Positions 23,301 to 37,154 are shown, counted from the first letter of the stretch. The stretch is DNA of 64,000 bases from Klebsormidium nitens (GCA_000708835.1 DF237199.1:1-64000), one strand, 5' to 3'. Made by a program: numbers and translations. Notes: a model not told the origin generated them from the sequence alone.

Positions 23301-26300
23301 AGCGTGCCAGCAACACTCCTGAGGACAAAGAGAAGCCCTCAATTGATAGCTCAGACGAGTCAGAGTCCTCGGAGGATGACGAGCCTGTGCAGGGTGCGGT
23401 GGTTAAGGAAGCGGGGCAAGGGAACGAGAGCGAGGAGAATAGTCGGGGATCAGATTCAGTCTCGTCAGAGAGCGGTGAGTCTGCGGAGAGAGGCGGCAAG
23501 GTGGCTGCGAGTAGGCCCTCAACGAGAACCGAGCCGCCAGTGTCCTCTGAATCATCTGAGTCGTCAGAAGAGAGTTCAAAGTCTCCGGCAGCTGGCGACC
23601 TGATTGGCGCGCGTTCTGGTTCCGAAGCAGCGCCAGCGGATTCTTCGGCAAGCCAGCATTCTGAGGGCCGAGCAGATAGTTCGGGGCCAAGGCAAACGAC
23701 GGCAGTGGTAGAGAAAGCGGCTGAGAGCTCGAGCTCCAGCGATGGTTCTGAATTTTCTTCTGACGAGGATGCGGTGGAGAAGGTTGGAAGCGGGCAAGGG
23801 GCAGCCGCTGGGAAGGCAGAAACGCAGAGTTCGGGAGAGTCTTCGGAGGAGAGTTCGGGAAGCGAAGAGTCTGCGGGAGGTGGGGAGCAGCCAGCGGCTC
23901 CCAAAAGTGGTGCAACGAGCCAGGCGGCGTCGGGTGGAAGTTCAGACGAGGAGACTTCAGATTCGGAGAGTGAAGAGTCCGCACCGGCAGCAGCAGAAGC
24001 CAGGGAGACACGAGGAAGGGCCCCTGCGGCGACTGATGGGAGCTCGGACGAGGACGAGTCGGATTCGGACAGCGGGGGTTCTGCAGGAGTGAAGCCAGCA
24101 GCAGGAGCGAAGGAGACCAGCGCAAAGGGCGGTGCAGCTGCTGGAGAAAGCTCGGATGAGGAGTCTGAGTCGGACGAAGAGGTGTCGGACGACCAGCAGC
24201 AAGTCGCTGTTCGCGAGAAGGTGCCAGCAGGCGGGACAGCGGCGTCGGGCGGCGCATTGGAGGAGCGGGCGGATCCTGGTTCAGTGTCAAGGGAGCAGGT
24301 GCAGATCAAGCAGAGCAGCGACTCCGTGGATCGGGACGAGAGCTCGGCAGGGGGGTCCGGGGAGGAGTCGGAAGAGGAGTCGGATGAAGCATCGGAGGAA
24401 GAATTGCAGGAAAGGTCAGGGAAGTCGAAGGAAGGGCCAGAAGAAGCCTTGGAGAAAAAGTCAGTGGAGGACTCGGGAGAGGAGTTGGAGGAAGAATCAG
24501 AGGCGGTCAGCGAGAATAAGGTAGTTGCAGCAGCAGAAGGGGAGAGTGTGAGTTCCGATGGAGGGTCCGAAAGCGAGGAGTCTGATCAAGAACGGGAGGC
24601 TGACTCCACTCGAGCGGCGGAGACTGGACGGACGGGCCAAGGTGGGACGAGGGGCGTGGCGAAGGTGGCAGAAGGTGGTTCCAGCAGTGAAAGTTCTGAC
24701 GAGGAAAGTTCAGAGGAGGAGTCGGACAGCGAGCGTGTGCCGTCGAGCAAGGGAACCGATAGCGGGAAGGCAGATGCGGGCAAGAGTGCAGCTGCAAGGG
24801 ACGTCAAAGTTACCGAACAAACGGATTCTTCAGAAGACGAGTCGTCGGACCCTGAGGAGGACAGCGAACCATCAGACCGGGCTGCGGAGAACGACCCTGC
24901 GAATGTGAAGGAGACTCCGATAAGGCGTGCAGGCAGCAGCGAAGAGGGGGGGCCAAGGGAAGGGCCTGACAATAAGTCAACGACTGAGTCAAGCTCAGGG
25001 GAGGACGAGTCCGAAATCGAAAGCGGAAGCGACGGGGAGCAGGAAGCCGCTGCCACAAAAAAAGGAGAGCCGCAGGTTTCTGCAAACGGCGGCGTAACGG
25101 GCCACGTGGCTGGCAAGAAGAGGGCCAGAGAAGCGACCCCAGACAGCAGTTCGGAGGAGACTTCAGAGTCAGAGTCGGACGAGGGTGAGCGAACCGAAGG
25201 GAGGGGAACAGGGCCAGTTTGGGGGGCGGGCATTGCCAAAACGGACGGAGAGAAGGGGGTGGTGGGGAATCAGAGAGCCCCCGAAAAGGCTCCTGCTGCA
25301 CGCAAAGGATCTGAGGGCTCGGAAGAAGAGGCGTCAAGCTCGGACGAAAGCTCTTCAGACTCTGAAACGGAGGCGCCAGCTCTCAAGTCGATCGGCAAGC
25401 AGAACGGGGGGCCGAAGCCGTCCCCGAACGGGAGGCTTGCCAAAGGACTCAACGGAAGGGGCAAAGGCGGAGGCGACTCAGATGGCGACCAAAAGGGGCC
25501 TGTAGTGGAGCACTCAAGGCCCGCCAAGGCGAATGGGGATAACAACAAGGCCCCAAAAGCGGCCACCGCAGGGCCGGAAGAGTCTCCGCAAGTGCCCGGC
25601 GAGCCCCCCCTGCCGAGCTTCAACCTGCTAATGCTTACAAAGAGCCTTTCCCCTGACGCGAGCGCGGAGGACAGCTTCCACGCGCTGCTGGCCCAGCTGT
25701 GGGCGGCCAGCCTGGAGGACGGGCCGGCGCTCGCGCTGCGCATCCCCCCCGTCGACACGGCGGGGCTGGTCCGGCAGCCGATCCGGCGCTTTGCGGCCCT
25801 GACTCCGTACGTGAACAACTTCCGGGTGTGGGTGCTACTGGAGGCGTGGGAGACCATCCGGGTGGAGTACGCGCACGCCAAAAAGGGGACCGCCAGTGAG
25901 TTGGCCTGGCTCAGTGGTTGCTCTATTTTCTGCGTTCTGTGCGCCTGGTCGAGGGTTCGTTATGTCCAGGTTGAGCTTTTGCCATGCTTTGCTGGTGTGG
26001 GGAGTGCTGCATCCATCGGTTTCCCCTCACCGTCACTGTGGTCGTCGGTCTGTCATTTGGTTCGGTCTAGCTTCCCCTGCTCTACTCTTGGTTCCTGAGC
26101 ACCAAAGTAAGAGGACTTAGCAATCAACATAAGTGCCATATCGTTTGTCGAGGCTTTGAGCTCTTAAGCTTGTCGTTTCTGTAGTTTCTCGCTTGTTCCC
26201 CGTGCTTTTTATTACCTTCTTCGCTCTCGGATTCCCTGAAAGGCTCGGCTGTCCCTTGTCTTGAGATCATGGCGTCACATATAGCACCAGGAGAGACGGC

Positions 26301-29300
26301 TGCATTGGCTACTCAAAGGTCATTTACAATCCTCATCGCTCCTGTGCAGACCCGCTGAAGGCGCCCAGTTCCTCGTCCCTGCTGGACGTGTCCGGCGTGA
26401 GCCAGCCGGGCGACGGCTTCTCGTACCTGGAGCTCACTTCCCGCCTGCACGACAGCAGCAACCTGCCCGAGAAAGACGAGGTCGTGTTACTGGAGGAGGT
26501 CCGGTTCGTGGACGACTCCCAGCCCGGCTTTCAAGGCGCGGCGGGGCACTGGGAGCGGGGGGGCAAGACGGTGCTGGCGTTTGCCCACTATGGCTTGCGG
26601 AAGGGCACGCTCAAGGTGCGGGGCGCGTACAGGCCGGCAACCAAGGTGAGCGGTTCGGAGTTCTTTGTGTGCATTTTTGAACGCCGCTGCATGAGGCCCC
26701 ACTTAGCTCTGCGCTGGTTCTTGTCACAGCTGGAGCCCGTAGGTAGCGTTCAATGGGGGCTCGAAGTTGTTGGACTTCTTCGCACCAGACCTTACGAAAA
26801 GAATAGCACGGCTGGTCCCGGCAGTGAACGTAACAGATCGGTTTTGCTGCAGCCCGATGGAGCAACCAAGATCAATGAAAATCATTTGAAGTGCCGAAAA
26901 GTCCTACCTGGGTTGCTTCTGGACCTGTCTTAGAGGCCGTTTGAGGATTATCGTCCGCGTTCATGGTGGCAGCCATGTCATGACCAATGGCGCATCCTGG
27001 TTGAATGGACGGGCTCAAAGATCTCTCCCAGTTGGCGTTCAAGCTGGAAAGTACTTCTCTTGATCTGGACCAAGCTGTTTCTCGTTCTTAACACCAAGCT
27101 CTGACTTTTGGACGATCCTTTTCCCCTTTCTGTCTTTCCATGAAGTTTGCCGACTGTATCCTCTGCTTCCGCTCTTGGTCCCCGTCTAGCCGAGGCGTTC
27201 GTCATAAAGACCGAAACGAGCACCCAATCACCCTTGACCCTCACTGACTCGGCTCAAATCTTCCCCTACCCAGGCGGTGTGCGTGCTGCGCGTGTGTTCC
27301 CTGACCACCCTGGCCCGCTCCTGGACTGCGCTCTACGAGATGGGCGCCAAAGCCTACTACCCGCTCATTCTGGACCCCCAGCGATGGGCCCCTGGCGCGC
27401 ACGGCGCAAGCCTGGCCCCCGAGCAGAGAGCCCAGCACCAGCCGCGCGTGACGGACGACTTTTTCTGGTCGCGCCGGGACGGCCCCATCTGGCTGCACTT
27501 TTTGCGGACGTGGCACGAGAAGGGCCTCGTCAACGACGACCAGGTCGAGGCCATGGCCGTCGGGCTGCTGCCGCAGGAGCGGCTCACGCTCATACAGGGC
27601 CCCCCGGGCACTGGCAAGGTGAGCGTTGAAACACACTTTGAACGGCACATAACAAGGTGCAGGAATACTGCAACTGGGTCGGAGAAAGGGCTGATGGGCT
27701 GTTGTGGTATCAACTTAGGCTGCTACTTGAGATCATGCGGTTCAGAGTGCGCAGGGGAAACACCTTTCTCTTTTTCACTGCTTCCGCAAAAGTGCATTGG
27801 CGAATCGCTGCTGCACCTTGTCTGGCTGACCTGTTCGTGCCCTCCTCCTTACCGTAAAATATTTACTGACATGCTTTTTTTCTTGTCCTCCTTCCTCGCC
27901 GGTCTCCAGACGTCCACGATTGTCGGTGAGCATGCTACCCACTTTACTTTACATCCCTGTCCTTGCCACTCGCTTTGTCTCACTACAGGTTTGCTTACAG
28001 TAACCGCTGCCTGTTGTCTTCCTTCGGCACCAGAATGCCACCTCAATACACCAACTGAAGCTTCTGCCCACGTCAGAATTGTCCTCGTTGCTCTGCAGCT
28101 GAACACCACGTTTTGGTAACATAGGGTGGTGTGGTGCATCCTTCCTGCCTCCGTCCAGGCTGCCATTCATCCCAGTCTTTGCTGTTTGTGTCCAGCCCTG
28201 GTGTCGGCCATTCTGGTGGCCACCCCGACTGCGCGCATCCTGCTGTGCGCGCCCTCCAACGGCGCAGTCGACGAGTGCACGCGCCGGCTGCTGGGGGGCA
28301 ACATGATCGACAAGGAGGGCAAACGGTGAGACAGCCGTTCGAACTTGAAGCAGTGGCTTAGAAGCACCCTTCTGTCCTCTTGAACAGCCAAAAAATGCTT
28401 CCAAACACCGCCCCATATTATGGTCCTGGGGAAGAAATTATAACGGCTGGAATCCTGCACGAGGGTCACGTTATCAAACTTCTGCTTGATTCTGGATCCA
28501 GAGGGTTCCGTCGCGCTTGCTGCTCCATAATATTCTATCATTGTCAAAAGAGTCAGGTTTTGTTAGTTGCAGCTTGCGCCCCTGACTTTCTCCGGGGCTG
28601 ACAGGACTGCAGCGGATCCAGCCCAAAGCGTTTGACGGCTCCTTTTCGTGACTTGTACTGATGCTTCTCCTCGCAGGTACGCCCCCGAGCTGCACCACAT
28701 TCTGCGCGTGGGGCCCCCCGCCCAGGTGCACCCCGCGTGCCAGAAGGTGACCATGGACGCGCAGATGGACACGCGGCGCGGCAGCGCCAACTACCGCGAC
28801 ATGGGGCCCCGTGCGGCAGAGGAGCAGATGCACGCCGACATGCTGACGTGCGCCAAGGTGGTGTGCGCCACGCTCAGCGGCAGCGGCATGGACCTGCTCA
28901 CCGCCAAGATGCGCCCCTTCACAGTCGTCATCGTCGACGAGGCGGCGCAGGTACGTGCCTCGGATGCGGCCCCTCACTTTTGTCTTTTCTATCTGGCGCT
29001 CGTGAGGATTTCTGACGTTTGGTTTTCCAAATGTTTGCACTTGAGATACCGTCTGCTGGTGAACGGTACGAGCAGCTACATGCTGCAGGTGCGGGACATC
29101 GATGGCCTCACGACGAAGTGTCGCGATTCAAGCACAGGCTGTCAGTACCTATGCCAAGTCTTCAACCCGCCGGGTTCAGGCACACAGCTCTGTGTTGACG
29201 TCCTCATTTGACAAACATACAAGTAGCGGCAAGTAAGAGGGCTACTTTCAGAGATATTGGAGCCCAGTTTATCTAACAATCCATGCGCGCTCACTGCTCC

Positions 29301-32300
29301 AGGTTGTCTCGACACGCTGCTCTAGCCGTCCTGCGGAACGCTTCTTTGAGCAGATAATGCTGTCATTGTTGCACCGTTGCGATGTCAGGTCTTACAACGA
29401 CTCTCCTTCTCGTGTACAGGCGGTGGAGCCGGAGGCGCTGATTGCTTTGAACCGGCTGGCGGACGGCGGACGCATGATCCTGGTCGGGGATCCCTGCCAG
29501 CTGCCTGCTACCGTGATACAGCACCCCCGTGAGTCACGCTGTGTGTGGCCATACTTAAGATTGACTATTGAATGTTGTTATCAGGTCGGGGCTAGTGGAT
29601 AATGCTGACACCTCTCATATGCCTCGAATGTGCAAGGATATTGAAAGTACTGAAATTTCCCGGCTTTAGAGGACTCAAATCCTGTTGGCAGTTGGCTCTG
29701 ACATCTCAGAACGCACGCGGCTGAACACAGGGTCGCTTATCTCAAAGTAGTGTGTGGCGCAGCACATTCAAGCTTAATTCCGTGCATAAGCCGTCAAACT
29801 GCCTTCGTTCTTCAGCCAGGAGAGGACGGTGAAGGAACTTAGTCTCGTGAACCAAAACTTTCCTCGATAGGCGCGGCCAGTCTCCTGGTCGACAGGATCG
29901 TAGGAGCACTCCTCTTTTGACCAGAACGGCTTTCAGCGACCAAAAATCTGCATTCTTGTCCTCCATGACACCCCGCTCCTTTGCGCAGAGGCCCCGTACG
30001 AGGTCAGCCTCTTTGAGCGGCTGCAGGCGGCCGGCTCGCGGTGCACTCTGCTGACCACGCAGTACCGCATGCACCCCGCCATCCGCACCTTCCCCAACGA
30101 CCACTTCTATGCGGGAAGGCTCCAAGACGCTGACCCCGTAATCGCCCGGCCCCTCGTTGTTGGGGACAGCATGAGCCCGGATTGTACCCCCCGGGACCTG
30201 CTTCGAGTCTACTCGGGCGACGTCCAGTTCAACCTCAGTCCGTACCGCTTTCTGGACGTCCGGTGGAGCTCCGAGCAGAACGGCGGCGGGGGCTCGACCC
30301 AGAATAACCTCGAAGCGTCGGTGGTTGCCGCGGTGGTTAGCGGGCTGGTCAAGGGGCTAACCGCGGGCGTGCCCGTGCGTGGCGAAGGCGGGCTGATCGA
30401 GATGCGGCGCTTTAACCCGGGAGACGCGACCCGGGGCAGTGGGGCGCCATTTTCGGTGGGGGTGATCACGCCTTACTCTGCGCAGAAGCAGCTGATCTGC
30501 GCCCGGCTGTCCCGGAAGGGGGTGCCCCGAGAGGCGTACGAAGTGAACACGGTGGACGGGTTTCAGGGCCGCGAAATGGACGCGATTGTGCTGTCGACCG
30601 TGCGGGCGGCTCGTGGGGGTACGTCGGGCCCGGGGGGCACGATCGGGTTCGTGTCGGACCGGCGGCGTATGAACGTGGCGCTGACGCGCGCGCGGCACTG
30701 CCTGCTGATCGTGGGCGACTCGCAGACGCTGGCGGCGCGCAGCGACGACTGGCGGGCGTTGATCGAGGATGCCAAGGCGCGGAAGTGCTTTGAGGAGATT
30801 GAGAAGGACGGGAAGAGCCCGCGGAAAGGGGGGGTGCCGGGACAGGGCCTGGGGGGAGGGGATCGGTCCGGTGGTAAAGAGAAGGACGGCGGGGCTGGTG
30901 TGAAACGCAAGTTGGATCTGAGTGGTGGAGACCCGGATGCGGGCGCCCAAGGAGGAGGGAAGAGGAGGAGACTTGGGGGCAAAGGAAATGAAGGTGGTTC
31001 AGGGACTAATGCCGCAGACAGCGAGGAGGTGGGCAATAATTGGGGCGAGAAGACGCTGGGTAGGACGGGGCCAGAAGGCACCAGTGACTCCCCAGAAGCT
31101 CCAAGGAAGAAGGAGAAGAAAAAGTCAGTGAAGGAACAGAAAAGAGGCGTTACGGGTGGGGAAGACGGCAGTGTTGCAGCGAAACGAGGGGGCGAAGCGG
31201 AGACGCAGGCTAGGCAGGGGCGCAAAAAAGAGAGGGGGGGCGACGGGGCAGATAAGCTGACGGGCAAGCAGACCGCGGGTGAAGACGTTAAGCCGGGAGA
31301 AAGTAAGATGGCGACAGTGGGGATGAAGAAGACCAAGGAGAAGAAGCAGGCCGGGTTGGGTCACCCAGCCGAAGTCGAGGATGAAAAGCCGAAGGGAAAA
31401 GGTGCGAAGGAAGTGGCCTTAGAGGGGGGACGCTCCCCTGCGCCAGCTGCCGAGTCGAAGAAAGGCGAGGACGCAGAAACGGCGACCGCCAGAAGTGAGA
31501 AGAAGCGGACGAAGAAGGCGAGTGGGGAGACTGCCGGAAAAGCGGACGAGCCTATACCGTCTGGGGAACCGGTGAAGGCCGGCGTGGAAATAGCGCCTGC
31601 TGCTGCAAAGGAGGCAGTGCCGACGGCTTCGTCGCATGCTAACAGGCCCTTGACTCCGAAGTCAGACACTGCCGACAAAAGCGGCAAGAAAAGGAAACGC
31701 GACCGAGAAGGGGTGGGGTTGCTTAATGGGGACGGGTCGTTATGCGGCGGTGCTGAAGAGAACGGAAAGCAGGAAGGGGAGGCTGCAGACGTTGTGGCTG
31801 AAGAGCGTTCGAAGAAGCGTCCGAGAAAGAAGAAGGAGCGGCCTACTTCCGAACGCCCTGCGGAAGGCTTGCAGGAATGGCCCGCTGGCAAGGGAGGGGG
31901 CGGCGAGGACGGCCGGAAGAAACAAGAGGGAAAGGAACAGGCGAGTACGGGCACAACGCCGAACAGAAAAAAGGGGGAAACCGGACTGACGGAGGCTTCC
32001 GACTTGCTGACGGACCAGGGTGAGGATGCGGCCCATTCTGCCGCGGGGGGGAAGAACGACGGGGGCAGTAGACCCCCCGGAAGTGCGCTTGTTTCCGGAG
32101 GCCCAAGGGGCGGTGTCGCGCGGAAAAGAGGGCCTCAGCCGCGGCCGATTCTGAAACGTAAATCCTTGGTGAGCAAGAAGGGGTGGAAGGTCGGGAAGAA
32201 GGTGCGGCTCGCCAAGCACGTCCACTTCCAGGATCCGAAGCATCTGGTGCAGGTGCGGTACATACCGCGACTGACGAAGGAGGTGGAAAAAGGCGGAAAG

Positions 32301-32636
32301 GAGGGACCGGGGAAGCCGGCAGGACGGAAAAGGGAGCTGACGTTCCAGACATTTGTCGACTTGAAGAAGAAGGCACGGGAGCGGTGGGTCGGAAAGGCCG
32401 CGCCGGCCGATGGGCGCCTGTTGAAAGCCGGGCAGAACAGATCCGCGGCCAAAAAAGTAGAAGGGGACTTGCAGGCATATGCGGAGGGGTCAGCAGCGAA
32501 CGTGGCGGGCAGAGATCCGGAGCGAGACGTGTTGAAGAAAGGAGGCTTAGGATATGCAGTTAGGAACGGAGTAAATGCAAGAGGAACCCGCAAGGGAGCT
32601 TTGCCGTTGGTGGCAGTCTCACCCAAGAAGCACTAG
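17324..32636 (+). CDS. Senataxin/SEN1-UPF1-like superfamily 1B RNA/DNA helicase (~3,697 aa) with ~2,400-aa acidic low-complexity N-terminus and Lys-rich C-terminal tail
   Basis: 10 exons: 17324-19188, 19825-21095, 21756-25895, 26350-26645, 27274-27618, 27910-27925, 28196-28325, 28677-28950, 29420-29528, 29989-32636; total 11,094 nt, in frame. Motifs QGPPGTGKT, CAPSNGAVDE, DEAAQ, LVGDPCQLPAT, QYRMHP, TPYSAQ, VDGFQGRE and RRMNVALTRAR. An additional upstream exon is possible (open acceptor at 17297). Confidence 0.92.
22781..22840 (+). repeat. (GAGTCA)10 coding hexanucleotide microsatellite encoding (Glu-Ser)10
   Basis: Direct reading of the sequence; the last unit is GAGTCG. Confidence 0.97.
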
Positions 32637-33218
32637 GCTCGGAAGATGCAGGTAGGGATCAGCTAGGGATTAGAGCTTGCTGCGTAATCAGGGCACATGC
32701 AACTCCTCCATGCAGTAGTGATAGTCGATCCTTATTAGTGCAAAGCTTTAGTTGATTGTATTCTGCTCTGATCCGTCAGTTAAAACGTCGATTTATGCCG
32801 TTAATGTGCTGGTTGCAAGGATTGCAAGTGGTTGTAACAGCTTTCACTGAAAGCAGTCTGCAAAAATGTTGTCGGGCTTGACTAAACTCGCGCATGGGAG
32901 GGCAATACGTGCCATCTGCACTTCCTAGGTCCAGTCCGATCCACATGCTAAGTACGTGACGGGCGAAGCAGTTGTGTTACACCGTGAGCCTGCGCTGGAA
33001 TGGAGTTAAATATGCACATGGCCATGCATGGCGTTGCGGCAGCTGCGTCCCCGATATGTGCAGGAGGTCACGCCGTCGACTCGGCTTGCAGTATACATTG
33101 CTCACGTCGGCTATAATTGAACAAGGACTCAATCTACCCACTTTGAATCTTTGAGTGAGTAGAAGCCAGCTGCCGGACATAGGTTCGGCTGACTCGCAAA
33201 CATACATGCTGCAGCGCG

Positions 33219-33252
33219 GTCTGACTCTCTCATGCGTCTGACTCTCTCATGC
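33219..33252. repeat. Perfect 17-bp tandem duplication (GTCTGACTCTCTCATGC x2)
   Basis: Seen directly, in the intergenic region between convergent genes. Confidence 0.9.
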
Positions 33253-33718
33253 ACGATTTGTACAATAAGTAGCTCCCCGCCGGTACACGTTGCATACGTA
33301 CCAGCATATGCCAGCTAGTCCAGTCGCCGTCGTGGATCATGAGAATGGGGTTCGGGCCGCGCCCTATATACGTGCTTTGGCACCTGATCCAGGCCGGGCT
33401 AAGTTTAGCCGGTGGTCATGGCAGTAGATTGTAGAGTAACTCTTAGATGTCTCAGCTTAAATGATGGCCCTGGCCGCTCTCAGAGCATACTCACTGAGTC
33501 AACCTAGTGCTTCTAATGTAGCAAGCGGGAAGTGGATTGAAACACCATGCGCAGATGCATGTGCAATGCATGTGTAGCCCAGTTACATACAGCTGGAGTA
33601 AGCTTCAAGAGTAACCGTCTTGCAACGCGAACAACTTTGTATATGAATTTCACGTATGGAACGGAAACTTTGTACGTGAGTTTGGAGTATTAACACTTTC
33701 ACATAAAGACCCCACATT

Positions 33719-36617
33719 TCAAGGAAAATGCGGATCCCTCTTATCGGCCAATTCTCCGTTGTTGTGGGCTATGACGAGCTCGAACAGCTGCCTTGAGTAT
33801 CTAAAACACCAGGTTCTGCACTTCTCCACTCCCCCACGCTCATACTTCTCCAGCTGCTCGGCACTTCTCACGACAGGTCCAGACGGGTCATCGCCAGTCA
33901 GAAAGGCGGCCACAAGGGAAGCCCTGCAAACGAAGCCGCACAAACGTCACGACAGGTTTGACGGGAGCAGCTGAAACAGCATGAGAAATGGGAAGTGGCA
34001 TGGCACCGCTGCCATGACTGCTGATGTATTTCTAGGAAGCGTCGTAGGTCAACGGTCCAATTTTGGTTCTTAGCTTACAGTCGCCGCAATTACACAGGCT
34101 CGAAAAGCCTGAAGGCGTCCACAAAAAAGTCTCTACGACTTGCCGCCGGACATCAGCTATCTACAATCTTCATCTTCATGAACCGGAAGCATTGTTAAGA
34201 CCTTCAAGCAGCGACTGCGAATCATCCAAAGTTGGACAACACAACGTTGGCGAAGCTCTGCAACCGTCAACCGTCAACCGGGACGACAGGCGAGAGGCTC
34301 ACCGTTCAGCGTCGATCTGCGAGAAGCCCTCGTTGTTCTTGTGACGCGCTTGCCGCAGCGCCTGTTCGTCACGGGTTTGCCGCCGGTAGAGGGCACACAG
34401 CCCCTTCATGCACAGCACGTCATCCTTGCCCATTGCCGCTGTCATGTCCCCCTCGGTTACCCAGTCCCCTGGGTGCTCCCGCTGGGGCTTCAACCCCAGC
34501 GCCCGCATCAAGGAGAAACCTCCTCCGTCCTCCTCAGAGTCCTCCATCATAGGCCCAGGCCCGCCTTCCCCTCCTCCTTCATCTTCCCCCTCCTCTTCGT
34601 TTTCTGACTCGGATCCCCCAACGTCGCTTCCGTCCCCGTCTCTTACGACCCTGTCGTCTGAAATGCTGTCCCGACTTGGGAGGCCGCTCCCCTCACTGTC
34701 TTCAATCCCGTCTGACTCCGTTCCTGACTCCGCTCCCCGCTTCCTCTTACCCCGCAATCGTCGACTTCTCCTTGGTGCCGCTTCTTGATGCTCTTCTTCC
34801 GCAGCGTCCCCCCTCTGCAAAGCCGCTCGTTTCCTGAGCGCCCTCTGCAGCATTGACTCCCCCCCGTTCTGCTTCTGTGCATCCTCCACCCGCTTTGAAC
34901 CCCCAACTTTCCGCAAACGTCCGTGTTCGTGTTCATTTTGTCCCCCCTCCCCCTCACTGACCTGCTCTCTCAGTTTCCGCTGCTGCCTTTGCCCCAGCGT
35001 CTCGTCATCATCGCTCTCCTCTTCTGATGCAAACATCTCCTCTCTCACGGTGGTCCCCGCCGCCTCCTTCTCCTGTGCTAGCCGCTTTGCGGGGGCTCCC
35101 TCCAAATCCGAGTCATCCTCCACAACGTTTCTGCCCCTCTTCCTGCCCCTGGTGTGAATAACAGCCTCAGGCTCCTCATCATCAGTTCCTTCCATTTCAC
35201 CTTTTCCCCCATGCGCATCCGTCTGCCCTTGGTTGCCAGTATCTGCATTTCCAAATGACAGCGCCCGTCTCACAGACTGCACTCCTTCCCTCGCCCCAGC
35301 AGTGCCGCCCTCCTGTCCCCGGGCATGCTGACCGCATTCTTCGATCGGCCCCCAAGCAACAATCACTTCCTCCTCCCTTTCTGCCTCAGCCAGCAGCACC
35401 CCCACCCTCTGCCAAGCAGCTGCCGCCCCGCTCTCCTGTGTTTCAGACACTGGCTCCAGGTTAACGCTTACAGGAGAGGACGGTCTTGCCATGCCTGCTT
35501 CTTCTTCCTGACCAAGAATCATTTGTTCATGCCCATTCAGGAGACCCCCAACTGTGACTGTCCTGATGGCCTGCCCGTCCTTTTCGGCGTTTACAGCTGC
35601 TACATCAGGTCTGACGAAGTTGTGCTCCCTACCAGCTTCAGGAGCATCTGGGCTAGAGAAGACGGGGGCCTCCAGAACTTTCCTGGGAGAACGCGGTATG
35701 ACCTCCTCATTCTTCTCTGGTGTAACTGGCGCCAGATTCTTGTGCCCAGGGACCACCTTTGACACCAGATCCTGGTCTTGGCCAGAATTTAGCAGTGCAT
35801 CCCTCCCAACAGCGTCAACATTGCCACCATCGACCGTCCTGTGCTCTTCCACCTTCCGCTTGAAAGCCCGCAGCTCTGCTAGCTCCTGGTCTCTCTCCTC
35901 TACTTGCTGCTTCAGCACTTGAATCACTACAATCTTCGCCGCCAGCTCTGTCTTCGCTTGCATCAGTGAGGCCGCCAGCCCCGACGCCTCGCTGTCCCGC
36001 TCCAGCATCTGCGTCTGCCACTCGTCCCTCTCCCTCGCATGCGCGACCCTCTCCTCTTCCAATTGCGCCCCTGGCTCCGTTGCCCTGACGAAGACCTCCC
36101 TTTCAGACTCCCCTACCTGCGTCATGGCTCGATTGTCCTTGGAACCACCTCTGGCGTCTCCTGGAGGGGCTGGACCAGCGCCAGCATTGCCTTTTGCGTT
36201 TTCCTCTCCTTCCTCCCGGGTCATCACTTCCTCTTGGCCCTCTATTGACGCATTATGCAGCTTTGCGGTCTGACCTTCCCGTAACCGCCCACCAGCTTCT
36301 TCTGTAGAGAGCTCCTTTTCTGGACCATCCCCTCCCGTTTCTGCAGCTGCTGCAGCACCTTGATTTTCGGGAGAGACTCTCAAAGTTTCTCCGTTTTGGT
36401 GACCCTCAAAGCCTGCTGCAGCTAGACCCAGCTCCCGCTCTGCGTACTGTGAGCATTCTTGCTTGTGAAAGGGCAACCTTGCAGCATGCAGCGACTTCCC
36501 GCACCCTGGACAATCCAGGAAGGACGAGCCCCCGGGCCCGCGGACAGGCCGCGTAGCAGTCCACCCTAGCTGAGGCCGCTTCTTGCCAAGACCTGAAGGG
36601 CTCCGGGCTGCCGCCAT
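33719..36617 (-). CDS. Uncharacterised plant-type protein: N-terminal UBZ4-like zinc finger, coiled coil, disordered linker and conserved C-terminal helical domain
   Basis: Exons 36617-34303 and 33923-33719 (phase 2 junction DAER|ASLV). CPGC-x11-H-x3-C at 36512-36453. The C-terminus EGDMTAAMGKDDVLCMKGLCALYRRQT...GFSQIDAERASLVAAFLTGDDPSG...YSRQLF...DPHFP resembles a land-plant orphan family (recalled from At5g53220-type proteins; not verified by search). Confidence 0.8.
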
Positions 36618-37154
36618 GATGCTGCCAGGCTGCCAACAAAGGTTCCTGTACACTGTCAACAGTCCCTCAGTTTTATACCTATGGACCAGTAGTAGTAGGT
36701 ATGGTAGCTCTGCCTGGTGATCTGTGCAAGACATGACGCGTGAGCTGGTTATGCTCCGGGTTACGATATAACCCTCCAAAAGCGCCCAGCAGTACACTGC
36801 ACAGTTTCTGGTTTGGGTCCGGTTAGATATTCACATCAAGGGGTTCGGTTCAGAACACGATCGGACGGTCGAGACCGTGCATGAAGAAGTCCCCGAGTTG
36901 TGCCCATATGCTCGACAGAATGTTTGAAGAGGAAAGCTCCGTGCTTTGCATAAGCCACATTTCAGTTGTGAACAGCAGGCCCACTGGCTTTGAGAGAGGG
37001 GCGGCCAATTGCCGCCGTTGGCGGGGAGAGATGCATGGCGGCACTGTTTCTATGTTTCAACCCACTCCAGTTAGACAAAGTAAGACTTTGCAGACGTGCC
37101 TGCAATCTCTGGCTAGCAAAACAAGTTGAACCTGGAAAGCTGATAAGGTGCACA

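Noticed and set aside
21774-25881. Many long ORFs (e.g. 23068-24309, 413 aa; 23403-24290) antisense or off-frame to the helicase exon
   Set aside because: These are shadow ORFs of GC-rich low-complexity coding sequence with no domains; the sense frame is explained by the spliced helicase.
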